Virus record (IMG/VR): IMGVR_UViG_3300045988_147517
Location: 55,186-119,185 of that record
Source: a virus
DNA length: 64,000 bases
Direction: 5' to 3' (one strand)
Made by a program: the position numbers and the translations under genes
Part shown: positions 9,127 through 17,319 of the stretch, piece by piece
Position numbering within the stretch: position 1 is the first letter of the stretch
How the letters are laid out: every line of letters starts with the position of its first letter
Notes under the pieces: generated by a model
Told to the model about the DNA's origin: nothing
The model's input: the letters and a program-made list of their open reading frames with translations, nothing else
The model's database searches: none

Positions 9127-9155
9127 ATTGTACCATCTAATTAGACTCTTGTCAA
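9127..9155 (-). promoter_or_regulatory. sigma-A type promoter for the recombinase operon
   Basis: -35 TTGACA is rc of 9150-9155; 17-nt spacer; -10 TACAAT is rc of 9127-9132. Confidence 0.55.
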
Positions 9156-9183
9156 TACATTTTTAATTTTTTGTGTAAAATTG

Positions 9184-9750
9184 TTAAAACTTTTTAATTT
9201 GCTGTAAGAGATTTTCGGCTTTTTTAGCCGCTTTTTCTTTTTGTTGCATAGAATGTCCTAATTCTCGTGTTAAAAACTTAATAAAACCATCCAGTTCGTT
9301 CTTTTCTTCTAATGCTTGAGTACGTTTTGCTTTTAAGAGCGCCACAGTCTTACCTTTTTCTTCGTCATACTTATCGTTTTTCTTTAATTTGGTAATACCC
9401 TTAGTGCCATCTTCTAGAATACAAACAGTAGTATTCCCTGAATAAATAAATTTTTCAATACCATCATCGTTAACATGCTCAACTTTATGATGGTTCCTAA
9501 AAAGCGAAAGCGCATCTTCTTTGTCAATGACTAAAGCGCCAAAACCTAACTCACATCTTGGAATCAACTTAACAGATTCGCTATCTACCGACTTAAGCTC
9601 AAACGTACACTTATCTAAAACAAATTCCATCTTCTGGCGCTCGTCTTCCGTGTAATCTAAATCACCCATATCTACAATATAATCTACAAGATGTTTAACA
9701 TCATTCGGCATATATACCGCGCCAATAACCAAATCTTTCTCTTTTAACAT
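9184..9750 (-). CDS. hypothetical protein
   Basis: 188-aa ORF; GGAGG RBS. Confidence 0.65.
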   Translation of the reverse strand: MLKEKDLVIGAVYMPNDVKHLVDYIVDMGDLDYTEDERQKMEFVLDKCTFELKSVDSESVKLIPRCELGFGALVIDKEDALSLFRNHHKVEHVNDDGIEKFIYSGNTTVCILEDGTKGITKLKKNDKYDEEKGKTVALLKAKRTQALEEKNELDGFIKFLTRELGHSMQQKEKAAKKAENLLQQIKKF

Positions 9751-9771
9751 AATATTCCTCCTCTTATGTTT

Positions 9772-10899
9772 TTAATTATAACGTTTGTAAATCAATTTTT
9801 TATTTTTTGCATACTTTTTCAAAAACTCTACTTCATTCTCATTTGGCTCTCTATTATAATATCCTCTCACTTGATTTAAAGTGCCATCACGAATCTCAAT
9901 AGTGACTAGCGGCTTTTCTGGGTTAGCTTTTTCTCTTAGGAAAACAATGCTCGTTTTACCGTCAATAACATCATCAATATAAGAAGATACACAGTGCACT
10001 AATTGAGAACCTTCTTCTTTAATTTCATCTGTACTTTCTGGATATTTTACCATATACGCGCCATAACTATACTCAAGATTTTTATCAATACGCTGTTCGA
10101 ATAATTCTTCTTTATACTTTTTCTTATAGTTATTATAGGAAATGGTAGTAATGTCATGAACTGATTTTAAAAATTTTGGGTATTTTTCAAATTTCTTTCC
10201 TTCTGGAAGAATTGTCGTTTTCATTTTTAAATAATCAGAAAGCATAACAACTGCATCCATAAACATAATGTTTTCATAGCGCGGTAGATACCAGAACAGA
10301 TAGTCAATTAGACTTTTGTATTCATAATTATATTTCCTTACCATATTTGAAAATGAACAGAAAATATTTTTTGTATACCCACCAAGTACAAATACACTTA
10401 CAAGGTGAAAATCATTTTCATCTTTCCCATATTTACTGTCTATGTAGCGCAATACATTGAAACATAACGATTCATCATACTCTACAATATCTTCAAATGG
10501 AGTAAGTAAATGTATATCATGTTTTGATAGTATTTTTAAAATATCTTTTGGGTAATAAGATGTTGGATTATGGATATGTATATCTACATCAATATTTAAT
10601 AGAAAATAATTTTCAAGATTAGAATGCCTACGCAGTCTTTCTAAAAATGTACCCATATTACTGCACTCATTATAATATGTGCTTATTTTATTTATGAGTT
10701 TTGCATAAGCTATATTGTCATCTTTTAGTTCTTCTAATACATTTTCAATGGGGATATTTGTAAAATATTTATTTAATGATTTTACAGGATTCCACTTTTT
10801 ATTATAGTAGCGCCAACATTCCCCCGTTGATAAATCAAACTGTGCTAACTTACCATCAATTTCAAACTTTAGAAATTTACCTTCCTTTTTACATTTCAA
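9772..10899 (-). CDS. PcfJ-like protein
   Basis: C-terminal EGSQLVHCVSSYIDDVIDGKTSIVFLR...TIEIRDGTLNQVRGYYN resembles the PcfJ domain; TTG start 9 nt after AGGAGA. Confidence 0.6.
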   Translation of the reverse strand: MKCKKEGKFLKFEIDGKLAQFDLSTGECWRYYNKKWNPVKSLNKYFTNIPIENVLEELKDDNIAYAKLINKISTYYNECSNMGTFLERLRRHSNLENYFLLNIDVDIHIHNPTSYYPKDILKILSKHDIHLLTPFEDIVEYDESLCFNVLRYIDSKYGKDENDFHLVSVFVLGGYTKNIFCSFSNMVRKYNYEYKSLIDYLFWYLPRYENIMFMDAVVMLSDYLKMKTTILPEGKKFEKYPKFLKSVHDITTISYNNYKKKYKEELFEQRIDKNLEYSYGAYMVKYPESTDEIKEEGSQLVHCVSSYIDDVIDGKTSIVFLREKANPEKPLVTIEIRDGTLNQVRGYYNREPNENEVEFLKKYAKNKKLIYKRYN

Positions 10900-10954
10900 T
10901 ACCTCATTTCTCCTTTCTATTCCCCACTTTCCAACTATATATTATAGATTGACG

Positions 10955-11029
10955 GGGACTTTCCAACTTTTTAAAAGCTACTTTGAAATTCATTTTTAAA
11001 TTTCTACGCTACGTTTAAATTCATTCAGG
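10955..11029. repeat. shared upstream element (ACTTTCCAAC ... AAAAGCTACTTTGAAATTCATT) with AAATTCATT boxes
   Basis: Near-duplicate of 19636-19780; both lie just upstream of minus-strand gene starts (10899 and 19603). Confidence 0.6.
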
Positions 11030-11202
11030 CCATCAATTCTTTTACTTGTTCTTTAGGAAACCAATTTTCTTTTTATTTTTCTACTTTTAAAATCATTTTT
11101 TTTATAACGTAATCATTTTTTACTTTATTACGTTATAAATTATCTACTGGCGCGTAGCGACAGGTAGATAAGAATTGATAGTGAAGAGAATAAACACAGC
11201 TT

Positions 11203-11231
11203 ATTATAATACAATTTCAGCAAGATGTCAA
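11203..11231 (-). promoter_or_regulatory. sigma-A type promoter
   Basis: -35 TTGACA is rc of 11226-11231; 17-nt spacer; -10 TATAAT is rc of 11203-11208. Confidence 0.5.
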
Positions 11232-11753
11232 TACCTTTTTAAAATATATTAAATTATCAAAGACCAATTAAGTTTTCATTAAGATAACAATTTTGTTTAT
11301 TAGCGCGGCATAGTAATATTAAATAAGAATTTCACCAGTTAAGCCTCCATTCACTATCTAAAATTTCTATTATTGGCGCTATATAAATTTACTAAAATTA
11401 TCTTACGCAGTTTTTATTATTTGTGTATTATAAATATGTCAAAATCCATAAGCTTTTTAATTTTATCATCTTTTATCTATATGTATATTGTTCCCAGTTT
11501 AAATGTATTTTTATCTTGTATTAATTTTTTATCATCGCTTACTTCATTTTGTTTCCATATAAATATTGCCAATTGTTACCTTGCCAATCAATCATATGGC
11601 GCTAGATTTTTCAATCTATCCTTTTCATATTTACAATATTATTATACTACAAAAAATAATATTTGTCAACAGAAAATTTAAAATATTTTATTTTTTTTAT
11701 TTTAATTAAATTGAATTATAAAATGTTTGTTTTTTTTAATTTAAATATTATAT

Positions 11754-11877
11754 CCCCCGGAAATTTTGATTCGCATTTTACCTTTTTGGATTTTTCTACA
11801 ATTATCCCGGGAATTTTTATTTCACATTTTACCCCATTTTGTATATTGCCCCGGGAAATTAGGTATATGTTTTACCC
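11754..11877. repeat. three direct copies of a ~30-nt CCCGGGAAA...CATTTTACCC repeat
   Basis: Copies at 11754-11782, 11806-11835 and 11849-11877; two more at 20494-20567. Confidence 0.8.
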
Positions 11878-11900
11878 TTTTTCCTTATTTATGCCTAAAT

Positions 11901-11930
11901 TTTAAAGTTTTTATTATAAACTTTGTTAAA
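11901..11930. repeat. inverted-repeat element TTTAAAGTTT-N-AAACTTTGTTA (copy 1 of 3)
   Basis: Same element at 20591-20620 and 25481-25510; the arms are reverse complements of each other. Confidence 0.7.
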
Positions 11931-12202
11931 CAATTCTAACATTTTATAGATTATAATTATATTCTATGGCAATATATTTTTTAAAATAAAATTTTATCTG
12001 ATATTTTTTCATTTATAATTATTCAGTTTTCAAAGACCGCTCTTATTTCTTTTGTATCTATATTATAGCATACTTAAAGGGGTAGCGATAGTCCCCATCG
12101 AAAATTTTTTGTCAAGCATTTTTTTTATAAAAATAGATTTATTAAGAATATATTAAGATTAATATGGCGATTTAAGGCGATTATTTTTTACGAGCCTATA
12201 GA

Positions 12203-12260
12203 TATATCCTATTATCAAACAAAGTCTCTATATGGTTAAAATTAAACGATTACATATATA
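12203..12260. repeat. conserved noncoding element X (TATATCC...TATGGTCAAA.T.AAACGATTACA), copy 1 of 3
   Basis: Aligns by eye over ~55 nt with 20924-20980 and 24355-24405. Confidence 0.75.
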
Positions 12261-12268
12261 AATACAGA

Positions 12269-12293
12269 TAAAAAAAAGAGCGGTAAACCGCTC
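12269..12293 (-). terminator. rho-independent terminator
   Basis: Stem GAGCGG/CCGCTC (12278-12283 / 12288-12293) followed by a T-run on the minus strand. Confidence 0.7.
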
Positions 12294-12513
12294 AATCATA
12301 TATTACTGGGTGACTATCTATAATTTCTTGTCGATATTTTACAGTGGGGCTGTTATCATACCCCCACACAAAAGCATAAAATACACCACAAAATAATATA
12401 ATTATTAGTAGTCCACAAAACAACTTTTTTAGAATTTCTTTCAGTGTATTTTCTGTAAAGAATTCATATACACTTAAAACAATTTTACCGATGGCTCTTT
12501 TTAATTTCTTCAT
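12292..12513 (-). CDS. small membrane protein
   Basis: 73-aa ORF with one hydrophobic helix; own promoter and terminator. Confidence 0.65.
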   Translation of the reverse strand: MKKLKRAIGKIVLSVYEFFTENTLKEILKKLFCGLLIIILFCGVFYAFVWGYDNSPTVKYRQEIIDSHPVIYD

Positions 12514-12542
12514 GTTTATACCTCATTTCTTATGATATATAT

Positions 12543-12571
12543 ATTATACATTATATACAATATCATGTCAA
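12543..12571 (-). promoter_or_regulatory. sigma-A type promoter (cassette)
   Basis: -35 TTGACA is rc of 12566-12571; 17-nt spacer; TGTATAAT is rc of 12543-12550. Confidence 0.75.
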
Positions 12572-12708
12572 GTGATTTTGTACAAAAATGAAAAATTATT
12601 TAAAGAAATCCAAAATAAAACCCTAGTTTTTATTACCCAAAACTGCATGGAAATTTTGTACAAAATAAAATCCTCATATTTCCTTTTATAGGCGTTTTAA
12701 AAAATTTT

Positions 12709-12756
12709 AGGTATAAATATACCTTTGAAATTTTAACCTGAAATCAATCGTTTACA
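12709..12756. repeat. conserved noncoding element Y (GGTATAAATATACCTTTGAAA...AATCGTTTACA), copy 1 of 3
   Basis: Related copies at 21119-21167 and 24146-24203; contains the palindrome GGTATAAATATACC. Confidence 0.7.
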
Positions 12757-12865
12757 TCGGTATATATATAAAAACGTTTACAATTCATTGCAGGAGTGGC
12801 GGCTAACAGGTATTAGCTGAAATTCTCTTGCCCACTTGACGCTTTCTTTATTTGATTATAGTTAA

Positions 12866-12894
12866 ATTATACACTATTTTATAAATCTTGTCAA
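12866..12894 (-). promoter_or_regulatory. sigma-A type promoter with no ORF downstream (orphan)
   Basis: -35 TTGACA is rc of 12889-12894; 17-nt spacer; TGTATAAT is rc of 12866-12873. The next ~290 nt (12572-12865) has no ORF. Confidence 0.7.
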
Positions 12895-12940
12895 GCATTT
12901 CTTAAATATTTTTTTTATTTTGTTAACGTTTACATTTTTC

Positions 12941-12969
12941 ATAAAATAAAAAGGCGGATAACCCGCCTT
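12941..12969 (-). terminator. rho-independent terminator
   Basis: Stem AAGGCGG/CCGCCTT (12951-12957 / 12963-12969) plus T-run on the minus strand. Confidence 0.7.
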
Positions 12970-13330
12970 AAAATGGTTTTAAATATTGATTGTAATTTTC
13001 CCTTATAAATAGACATGCTTTTTTAAGATAAAACTGAACAGCGCCATCTTCGATATCATGCTTGCTTAAGTATACATCATTATCTTCCGTTTTGTTTCCA
13101 GCAAATAAATATTCATTTTCAAAATAAATATATAATTTATAATTGATATACTCCCAGTCTTGTTCTATATTCATTAAATCTTCCTGAATATCATAGAAAC
13201 AACTTATTATATTATCAAGATTATAAAGTATAAGCTCTTCATCTTTTTTATGTTTTTCTTTTAATTTACTTGCTAAAAATTCAATTGTCTTGTTTACTAA
13301 ATTAATTAAAAATTCCTTTTCTGTTTTCAT
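12968..13330 (-). CDS. hypothetical protein
   Basis: 120-aa ORF; single-gene cassette. Confidence 0.65.
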   Translation of the reverse strand: MKTEKEFLINLVNKTIEFLASKLKEKHKKDEELILYNLDNIISCFYDIQEDLMNIEQDWEYINYKLYIYFENEYLFAGNKTEDNDVYLSKHDIEDGAVQFYLKKACLFIRENYNQYLKPF

Positions 13331-13365
13331 AATCTTACCTCTTTCTTATTTCTTATTGTAATTAT

Positions 13366-13394
13366 ATTATACACATTTTGAATACATTTGTCAA
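13366..13394 (-). promoter_or_regulatory. sigma-A type promoter (cassette)
   Basis: -35 TTGACA is rc of 13389-13394; 17-nt spacer; TGTATAAT is rc of 13366-13373. Confidence 0.75.
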
Positions 13395-13414
13395 GTATTA
13401 TTAAACGTTTTCAT

Positions 13415-13450
13415 AAAAAAAATAAAAAAAAGGATAATTCGTTTATCCTT
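13415..13450 (-). terminator. rho-independent terminator
   Basis: Stem AAGGATAA/TTATCCTT (13430-13437 / 13443-13450) plus a long T-run on the minus strand. Confidence 0.65.
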
Positions 13451-13709
13451 TTAAACAAATTACCCTATAAATTCTTTTTCCATGGGCATCATCTTTAATA
13501 ACAAATATGTTTAGTCCCCTCTTAACATTTTCAATTTGTTTCAAATTTTCTTTATCCTTTAAAAAATCAATAATATCGCTGTCTGTTAGGTCACAATAAT
13601 GCATTTTAATAAAGTTATAGTTTAAATTTTTATTATTAAATACACCTATGTATGCCACACACTTAAATATAATTAGTTTTATCAAATAATTATCATATTT
13701 AATATTCAT
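13443..13709 (-). CDS. hypothetical protein
   Basis: 88-aa ORF. Confidence 0.6.
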   Translation of the reverse strand: MNIKYDNYLIKLIIFKCVAYIGVFNNKNLNYNFIKMHYCDLTDSDIIDFLKDKENLKQIENVKRGLNIFVIKDDAHGKRIYRVICLKG

Positions 13710-13811
13710 TTTTTCTGTTTCTTATTTCCTCTTTAATCGATTTAATTAATAAATACCCTAAAGTTAAAAGAATTATATTAGCATTAAAAAATATTATAAA
13801 TATTTCTACCA

Positions 13812-14204
13812 TTAGTCAATATCTCCATCTTCCATGGAAGATGTTCTAGAAATATAATAAATCTTTTTATCTTCGTCATGGATTTCAACATTTACATTTT
13901 CTAAGGTTGCCGCGCCAATGATATGTTCAAAATAATCATCATAAAAATTTATGTATATTCCATCTTTATATAGCTGTCCAATTTTTTGCGCAATCATTTC
14001 TGCTCTTAATTTTGAATATGTTCTCATAAATTTGTTGTAATTATCTAACTCTGAGATAATCTCTCTTTCTCTTCCTGAATCTTCAACTACAATATACTTT
14101 AAATAATATTTCTTTTTATATTTAACCGCACCAATACAATAAACAAGAATGGTATTTTCACTTTTTCTAATTTTATTTAATTCTTTTCTACTATAAACTT
14201 TCAT
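13812..14204 (-). CDS. hypothetical protein, last large gene of the ARH operon
   Basis: ATG 14204 overlaps the ARH stop (TAATG); the track offers a GTG start at 14216. Confidence 0.6.
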   Translation of the reverse strand: MKVYSRKELNKIRKSENTILVYCIGAVKYKKKYYLKYIVVEDSGREREIISELDNYNKFMRTYSKLRAEMIAQKIGQLYKDGIYINFYDDYFEHIIGAATLENVNVEIHDEDKKIYYISRTSSMEDGDID

Positions 14205-15052
14205 TATCCTAAACACCTTTTAATAATATCCTTACCTCTCAATTTATTAATCCATTCGATGGGAATATTTTCATATCCATAAATTAACCCGGCCAAACCA
14301 CCAGCCAAAGCGGCAATAGTATCGGTATCGCCACCTAAATTAACAGCCGTTAGCACACAATCTTTATAATTGTTAGTGTTTACCACACACCAAAGCGCCG
14401 CTTCTAATGTATGAACTACAAATGGAGTTGATTTAATATCGTCTTTTGAAATTTCTTTTAATTTGTTTAATCTGTCATAAGGCTCATCAAAATTATCTCC
14501 ATCTAACGTGGCTATCTCTATACCATCATTTAACAAACTGACTACATAACTATATATTTGACACGCCTTAATTGAAAGATTATGAGCATGTGTCAGACTG
14601 GCCAGTGTTTCAATTTGTTTATAACTTTTATAATAAGGCGATAATGCTAGAGGTAAAATACGCATTAAAGCGCCATTACCATTAGCCGTAAATCTATTAT
14701 CCCCACAACTGCTATAGTGGGAACCATTTTTATATCGCTCAATGGCTCTAGAGGTTATCCCTCCTACATCAAATTTGTACCCATCTACTGTAAAAGCGCC
14801 ATCATCATACCATTTTACAAAATTATTCATAATATCATCATAATCGATTTTTCGCCGTCTTTTCATAGATTCACACGTCGCTAGAATCAAACTGGTATCA
14901 TCTGACCATGTTCCCGCTGGTTGATTGTGAGTGCCATATCCTATCATGTCGTTGCACTCTGGCGCTATCATAGATTCGTATGGGACACCCAAAGCGTCCC
15001 CTATTGCGAAACCATAAATCGCATTTTTTAAATTACTCATAACATTCCCCAT
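14204..15052 (-). CDS. ADP-ribosylglycohydrolase (ARH/DraG family)
   Basis: FAIGDALGVPYE, WSDDTSL and GGDTDTIAALAGGLAG motifs; alternative start at 15040. Confidence 0.85.
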   Translation of the reverse strand: MGNVMSNLKNAIYGFAIGDALGVPYESMIAPECNDMIGYGTHNQPAGTWSDDTSLILATCESMKRRRKIDYDDIMNNFVKWYDDGAFTVDGYKFDVGGITSRAIERYKNGSHYSSCGDNRFTANGNGALMRILPLALSPYYKSYKQIETLASLTHAHNLSIKACQIYSYVVSLLNDGIEIATLDGDNFDEPYDRLNKLKEISKDDIKSTPFVVHTLEAALWCVVNTNNYKDCVLTAVNLGGDTDTIAALAGGLAGLIYGYENIPIEWINKLRGKDIIKRCLG

Positions 15053-15212
15053 CTATATACATTAATTCTTCCATTAATTCATCACACATAATTGACCAAA
15101 GCAAAGCATTGTCTATATCTTCTCTTAGAATAGCCTCTCTTTCCGCTTCTCTTGCATAATCTAAATGATATAATATACTTTCATAATAACTAGAATTCAT
15201 AAAATCAAACAT
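15033..15212 (-). CDS. small hypothetical protein
   Basis: Start moved to ATG 15212 (AGAGGTG RBS; TAAAATG junction with the upstream stop). Confidence 0.5.
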   Translation of the reverse strand: MFDFMNSSYYESILYHLDYAREAEREAILREDIDNALLWSIMCDELMEELMYIDGECYE

Positions 15213-15213
15213 T

Positions 15214-15588
15214 TTACACCTCTTTAATATTTTCAACTTTATTTTCTTCTATTTTCTGCACAAACAACGAGCCGTCTTTTCTCATGATGATTTCTTCGTC
15301 CCAATTATCACTCATTTTATTCTGTTCGCTAAGATGTTCTTTAAAATATTCCACGCAAGCATCATAAGATTCAAGTAAAGCATATTCTGCTAAGTGGTTT
15401 CCGTTTAGTATTAAAAATTTAGTGGGCTCTACACCATTAATGCGAACAAGAGCAGTAGTGTCACTTCCATAATCTGAGATTGAACAATTGTTATAACTTA
15501 CATAACAACCCTTTTCAGTCAATGCGAAAGTATCATTCGGTGAAAAAATAGGCACTCCATTGTAAAATTCCATTTGTCCAGTTAACAT
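15214..15588 (-). CDS. hypothetical protein
   Basis: 124-aa ORF. Confidence 0.6.
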   Translation of the reverse strand: MLTGQMEFYNGVPIFSPNDTFALTEKGCYVSYNNCSISDYGSDTTALVRINGVEPTKFLILNGNHLAEYALLESYDACVEYFKEHLSEQNKMSDNWDEEIIMRKDGSLFVQKIEENKVENIKEV

Positions 15589-15609
15589 CTTCCTAACCTC
15601 ATTTCATTT

Positions 15610-15897
15610 TTAGACATTTTCGATACAATAATAGTAACGTTCAATTTCAATATAACCATATTCTTCAAGTGTTTCACAAAAATTTAAATACCGCCATCTT
15701 TTATAATCGTCATAATCATAAAAACCATTTGCGCCATATTCATCAATGTAATCGTGATATTCTTCTACTAAACAATAGCTCTCATTGCAATAGTCAAGAA
15801 TGTCTCCATAGAAGTTTTCTTTACTTAATTCAATTTTTTCTAACGTTTCTTTATCCTGCCGATAACACTTTAATTCTTGTGATTTTTTCATTTTCAT
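15610..15897 (-). CDS. hypothetical acidic Tyr-rich protein
   Basis: 95-aa ORF directly behind the conserved leader and GAGG RBS. Confidence 0.6.
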   Translation of the reverse strand: MKMKKSQELKCYRQDKETLEKIELSKENFYGDILDYCNESYCLVEEYHDYIDEYGANGFYDYDDYKRWRYLNFCETLEEYGYIEIERYYYCIENV

Positions 15898-15926
15898 AAC
15901 CTCATTTCATTTCTTATTATGGTTAT

Positions 15927-15955
15927 ATTATACACCATATATATTTACTTGTCAA
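15927..15955 (-). promoter_or_regulatory. sigma-A type promoter of the ARH operon
   Basis: -35 TTGACA is rc of 15950-15955; 17-nt spacer; TGTATAAT is rc of 15927-15934. Confidence 0.75.
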
Positions 15956-15965
15956 GCGTTTTTTT

Positions 15966-16244
15966 TTAATCTTTTAACAATTTTATATAATCTTTAATGG
16001 TTTTTAGCTGAATAAATAAGTAAAATGGTGTAGAGGAGGGCTTATTTCTTCTAATACTCTTTAAAAATTCATATCCTACACCTGTAATTTCAGATAATTC
16101 CATCAAAGTATAATATTCAAAAACAGCACTAAAATATTCTTTTGCATTTTTTTTATTTTCTTCCCATTCTTTCTTCAATGCAGATATCTTTTCAATATCC
16201 GCAATCATTTCACCCATAACAATTTCCTTGTCTAAATTATTCAT
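15966..16244 (-). CDS. hypothetical protein
   Basis: Start moved to ATG 16244, 8 nt after GGAGG (rc of 16253-16257). Confidence 0.55.
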   Translation of the reverse strand: MNNLDKEIVMGEMIADIEKISALKKEWEENKKNAKEYFSAVFEYYTLMELSEITGVGYEFLKSIRRNKPSSTPFYLFIQLKTIKDYIKLLKD

Positions 16245-16740
16245 TCCACGAACCTCCAATAAATTTATCAATCAATGTATATATTTCCATTCCAAAAACT
16301 TCTTTTATACTATCAGGAAGCTCCATTCCTGAGTTAATACAGTCTAAAAAATCGCTATTATCAGACAAATAGATTTCTAACAACTTTAGGTCTATGTTAT
16401 CTTCACGTACAGCGAATGAGATATCTATTCCAATTTCCTCCTCAATTTTTTCTGGAATTGAAACCCATTCATCATAAAATGGTTTGGTTTTGGCGCTTTC
16501 AAATTCCTTATTTAAATTTATGTCTGAGATATTTTTATCAAATTCTGATATGAATTTCTCGCATTCTTTAACAGTTTTTGCCTTACCAATGATAGCGCCA
16601 TTAGCACATAATATGATATTGTAATCTTTTTTATTTTTATAATATCCATATACCGTAGAATTATAAATGGTTTTCCAGCCATCAATTACCGCTAAATATA
16701 GAGGTTTTTGGATTACTAGTTTTTCTCTTGTTCTTCTCAT
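16237..16740 (-). CDS. hypothetical protein
   Basis: 167-aa ORF. Confidence 0.6.
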   Translation of the reverse strand: MRRTREKLVIQKPLYLAVIDGWKTIYNSTVYGYYKNKKDYNIILCANGAIIGKAKTVKECEKFISEFDKNISDINLNKEFESAKTKPFYDEWVSIPEKIEEEIGIDISFAVREDNIDLKLLEIYLSDNSDFLDCINSGMELPDSIKEVFGMEIYTLIDKFIGGSWNE

Positions 16741-16742
16741 AT

Positions 16743-17237
16743 CTAAACCTCTTTAATCATAATAGTTTCGGCAGTAGCATAGAATTCGTTGTTATTTGTT
16801 TTATCTTTGCACAGATATACAGTTTCTTTAATTACATCATTGATTAATCTGTCATATTCAATACCTAAAATAACAATTTCATTACCTGTATTACAATCAA
16901 ATAAAGTAGTTTTTAAATCCCTACCATCATAATAATGTCCACAATTTTCACAAAAATCTTCATCAACATCTACGCCAATCTCAGACAATTCTCCACAATA
17001 TTTACATTTTATGGGATAAAATTCAGGATTGCTTTCATACTCTTCAATTATAAAATTAGAATAGTATTCAAGCTGATTTTCTTTAAAATCTTTGATATGA
17101 TTCCATAATTCTAAATCATTATTAGTATCTTTAACGACATCTTCCTTTAAATCATTAATAATGTAATCAATAATATTAATTAATTCTTCGCTATCGGCAC
17201 ACATATCCCCTCTCATAATCATTCTAATACTTTCCAT
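16743..17237 (-). CDS. zinc-ribbon protein; probably the distal part of a frameshifted gene
   Basis: CKYCGE...CENCGH. The frame stays open 33 codons upstream of ATG 17237 (to 17336), with no start codon and no RBS in that stretch. Confidence 0.55.
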   Translation of the reverse strand: MESIRMIMRGDMCADSEELINIIDYIINDLKEDVVKDTNNDLELWNHIKDFKENQLEYYSNFIIEEYESNPEFYPIKCKYCGELSEIGVDVDEDFCENCGHYYDGRDLKTTLFDCNTGNEIVILGIEYDRLINDVIKETVYLCKDKTNNNEFYATAETIMIKEV

Positions 17238-17319
17238 ATCAAAGCGATTGACTTCATTGAGATAGCTAGAAGCATTTCCCCAGTTAGAACAAAAATAATC
17301 GTAAATATTATCTAATGTA

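Noticed and set aside
11754-11877. CCCGGGAAA...CATTTTACCC repeats considered as a CRISPR array
   Set aside because: There are only 3 + 2 copies. The repeats are imperfect, the spacers are short and unequal, and no cas genes or leader are present.
11373-11905. ORFs 11373..11681 and 11663..11905 (plus strand), and 20407..20595 (minus strand)
   Set aside because: They lie in extremely AT-rich repeat-bearing DNA. Their products are low-complexity Phe/Ile/Leu/Ser-rich, they use non-ATG starts without an RBS, and they are built across the repeat copies.
12061-12115. TTGACA at rc 12110-12115 and TATAAT at rc 12063-12068 considered as promoters
   Set aside because: Neither has a partner hexamer at 16-18 nt spacing.
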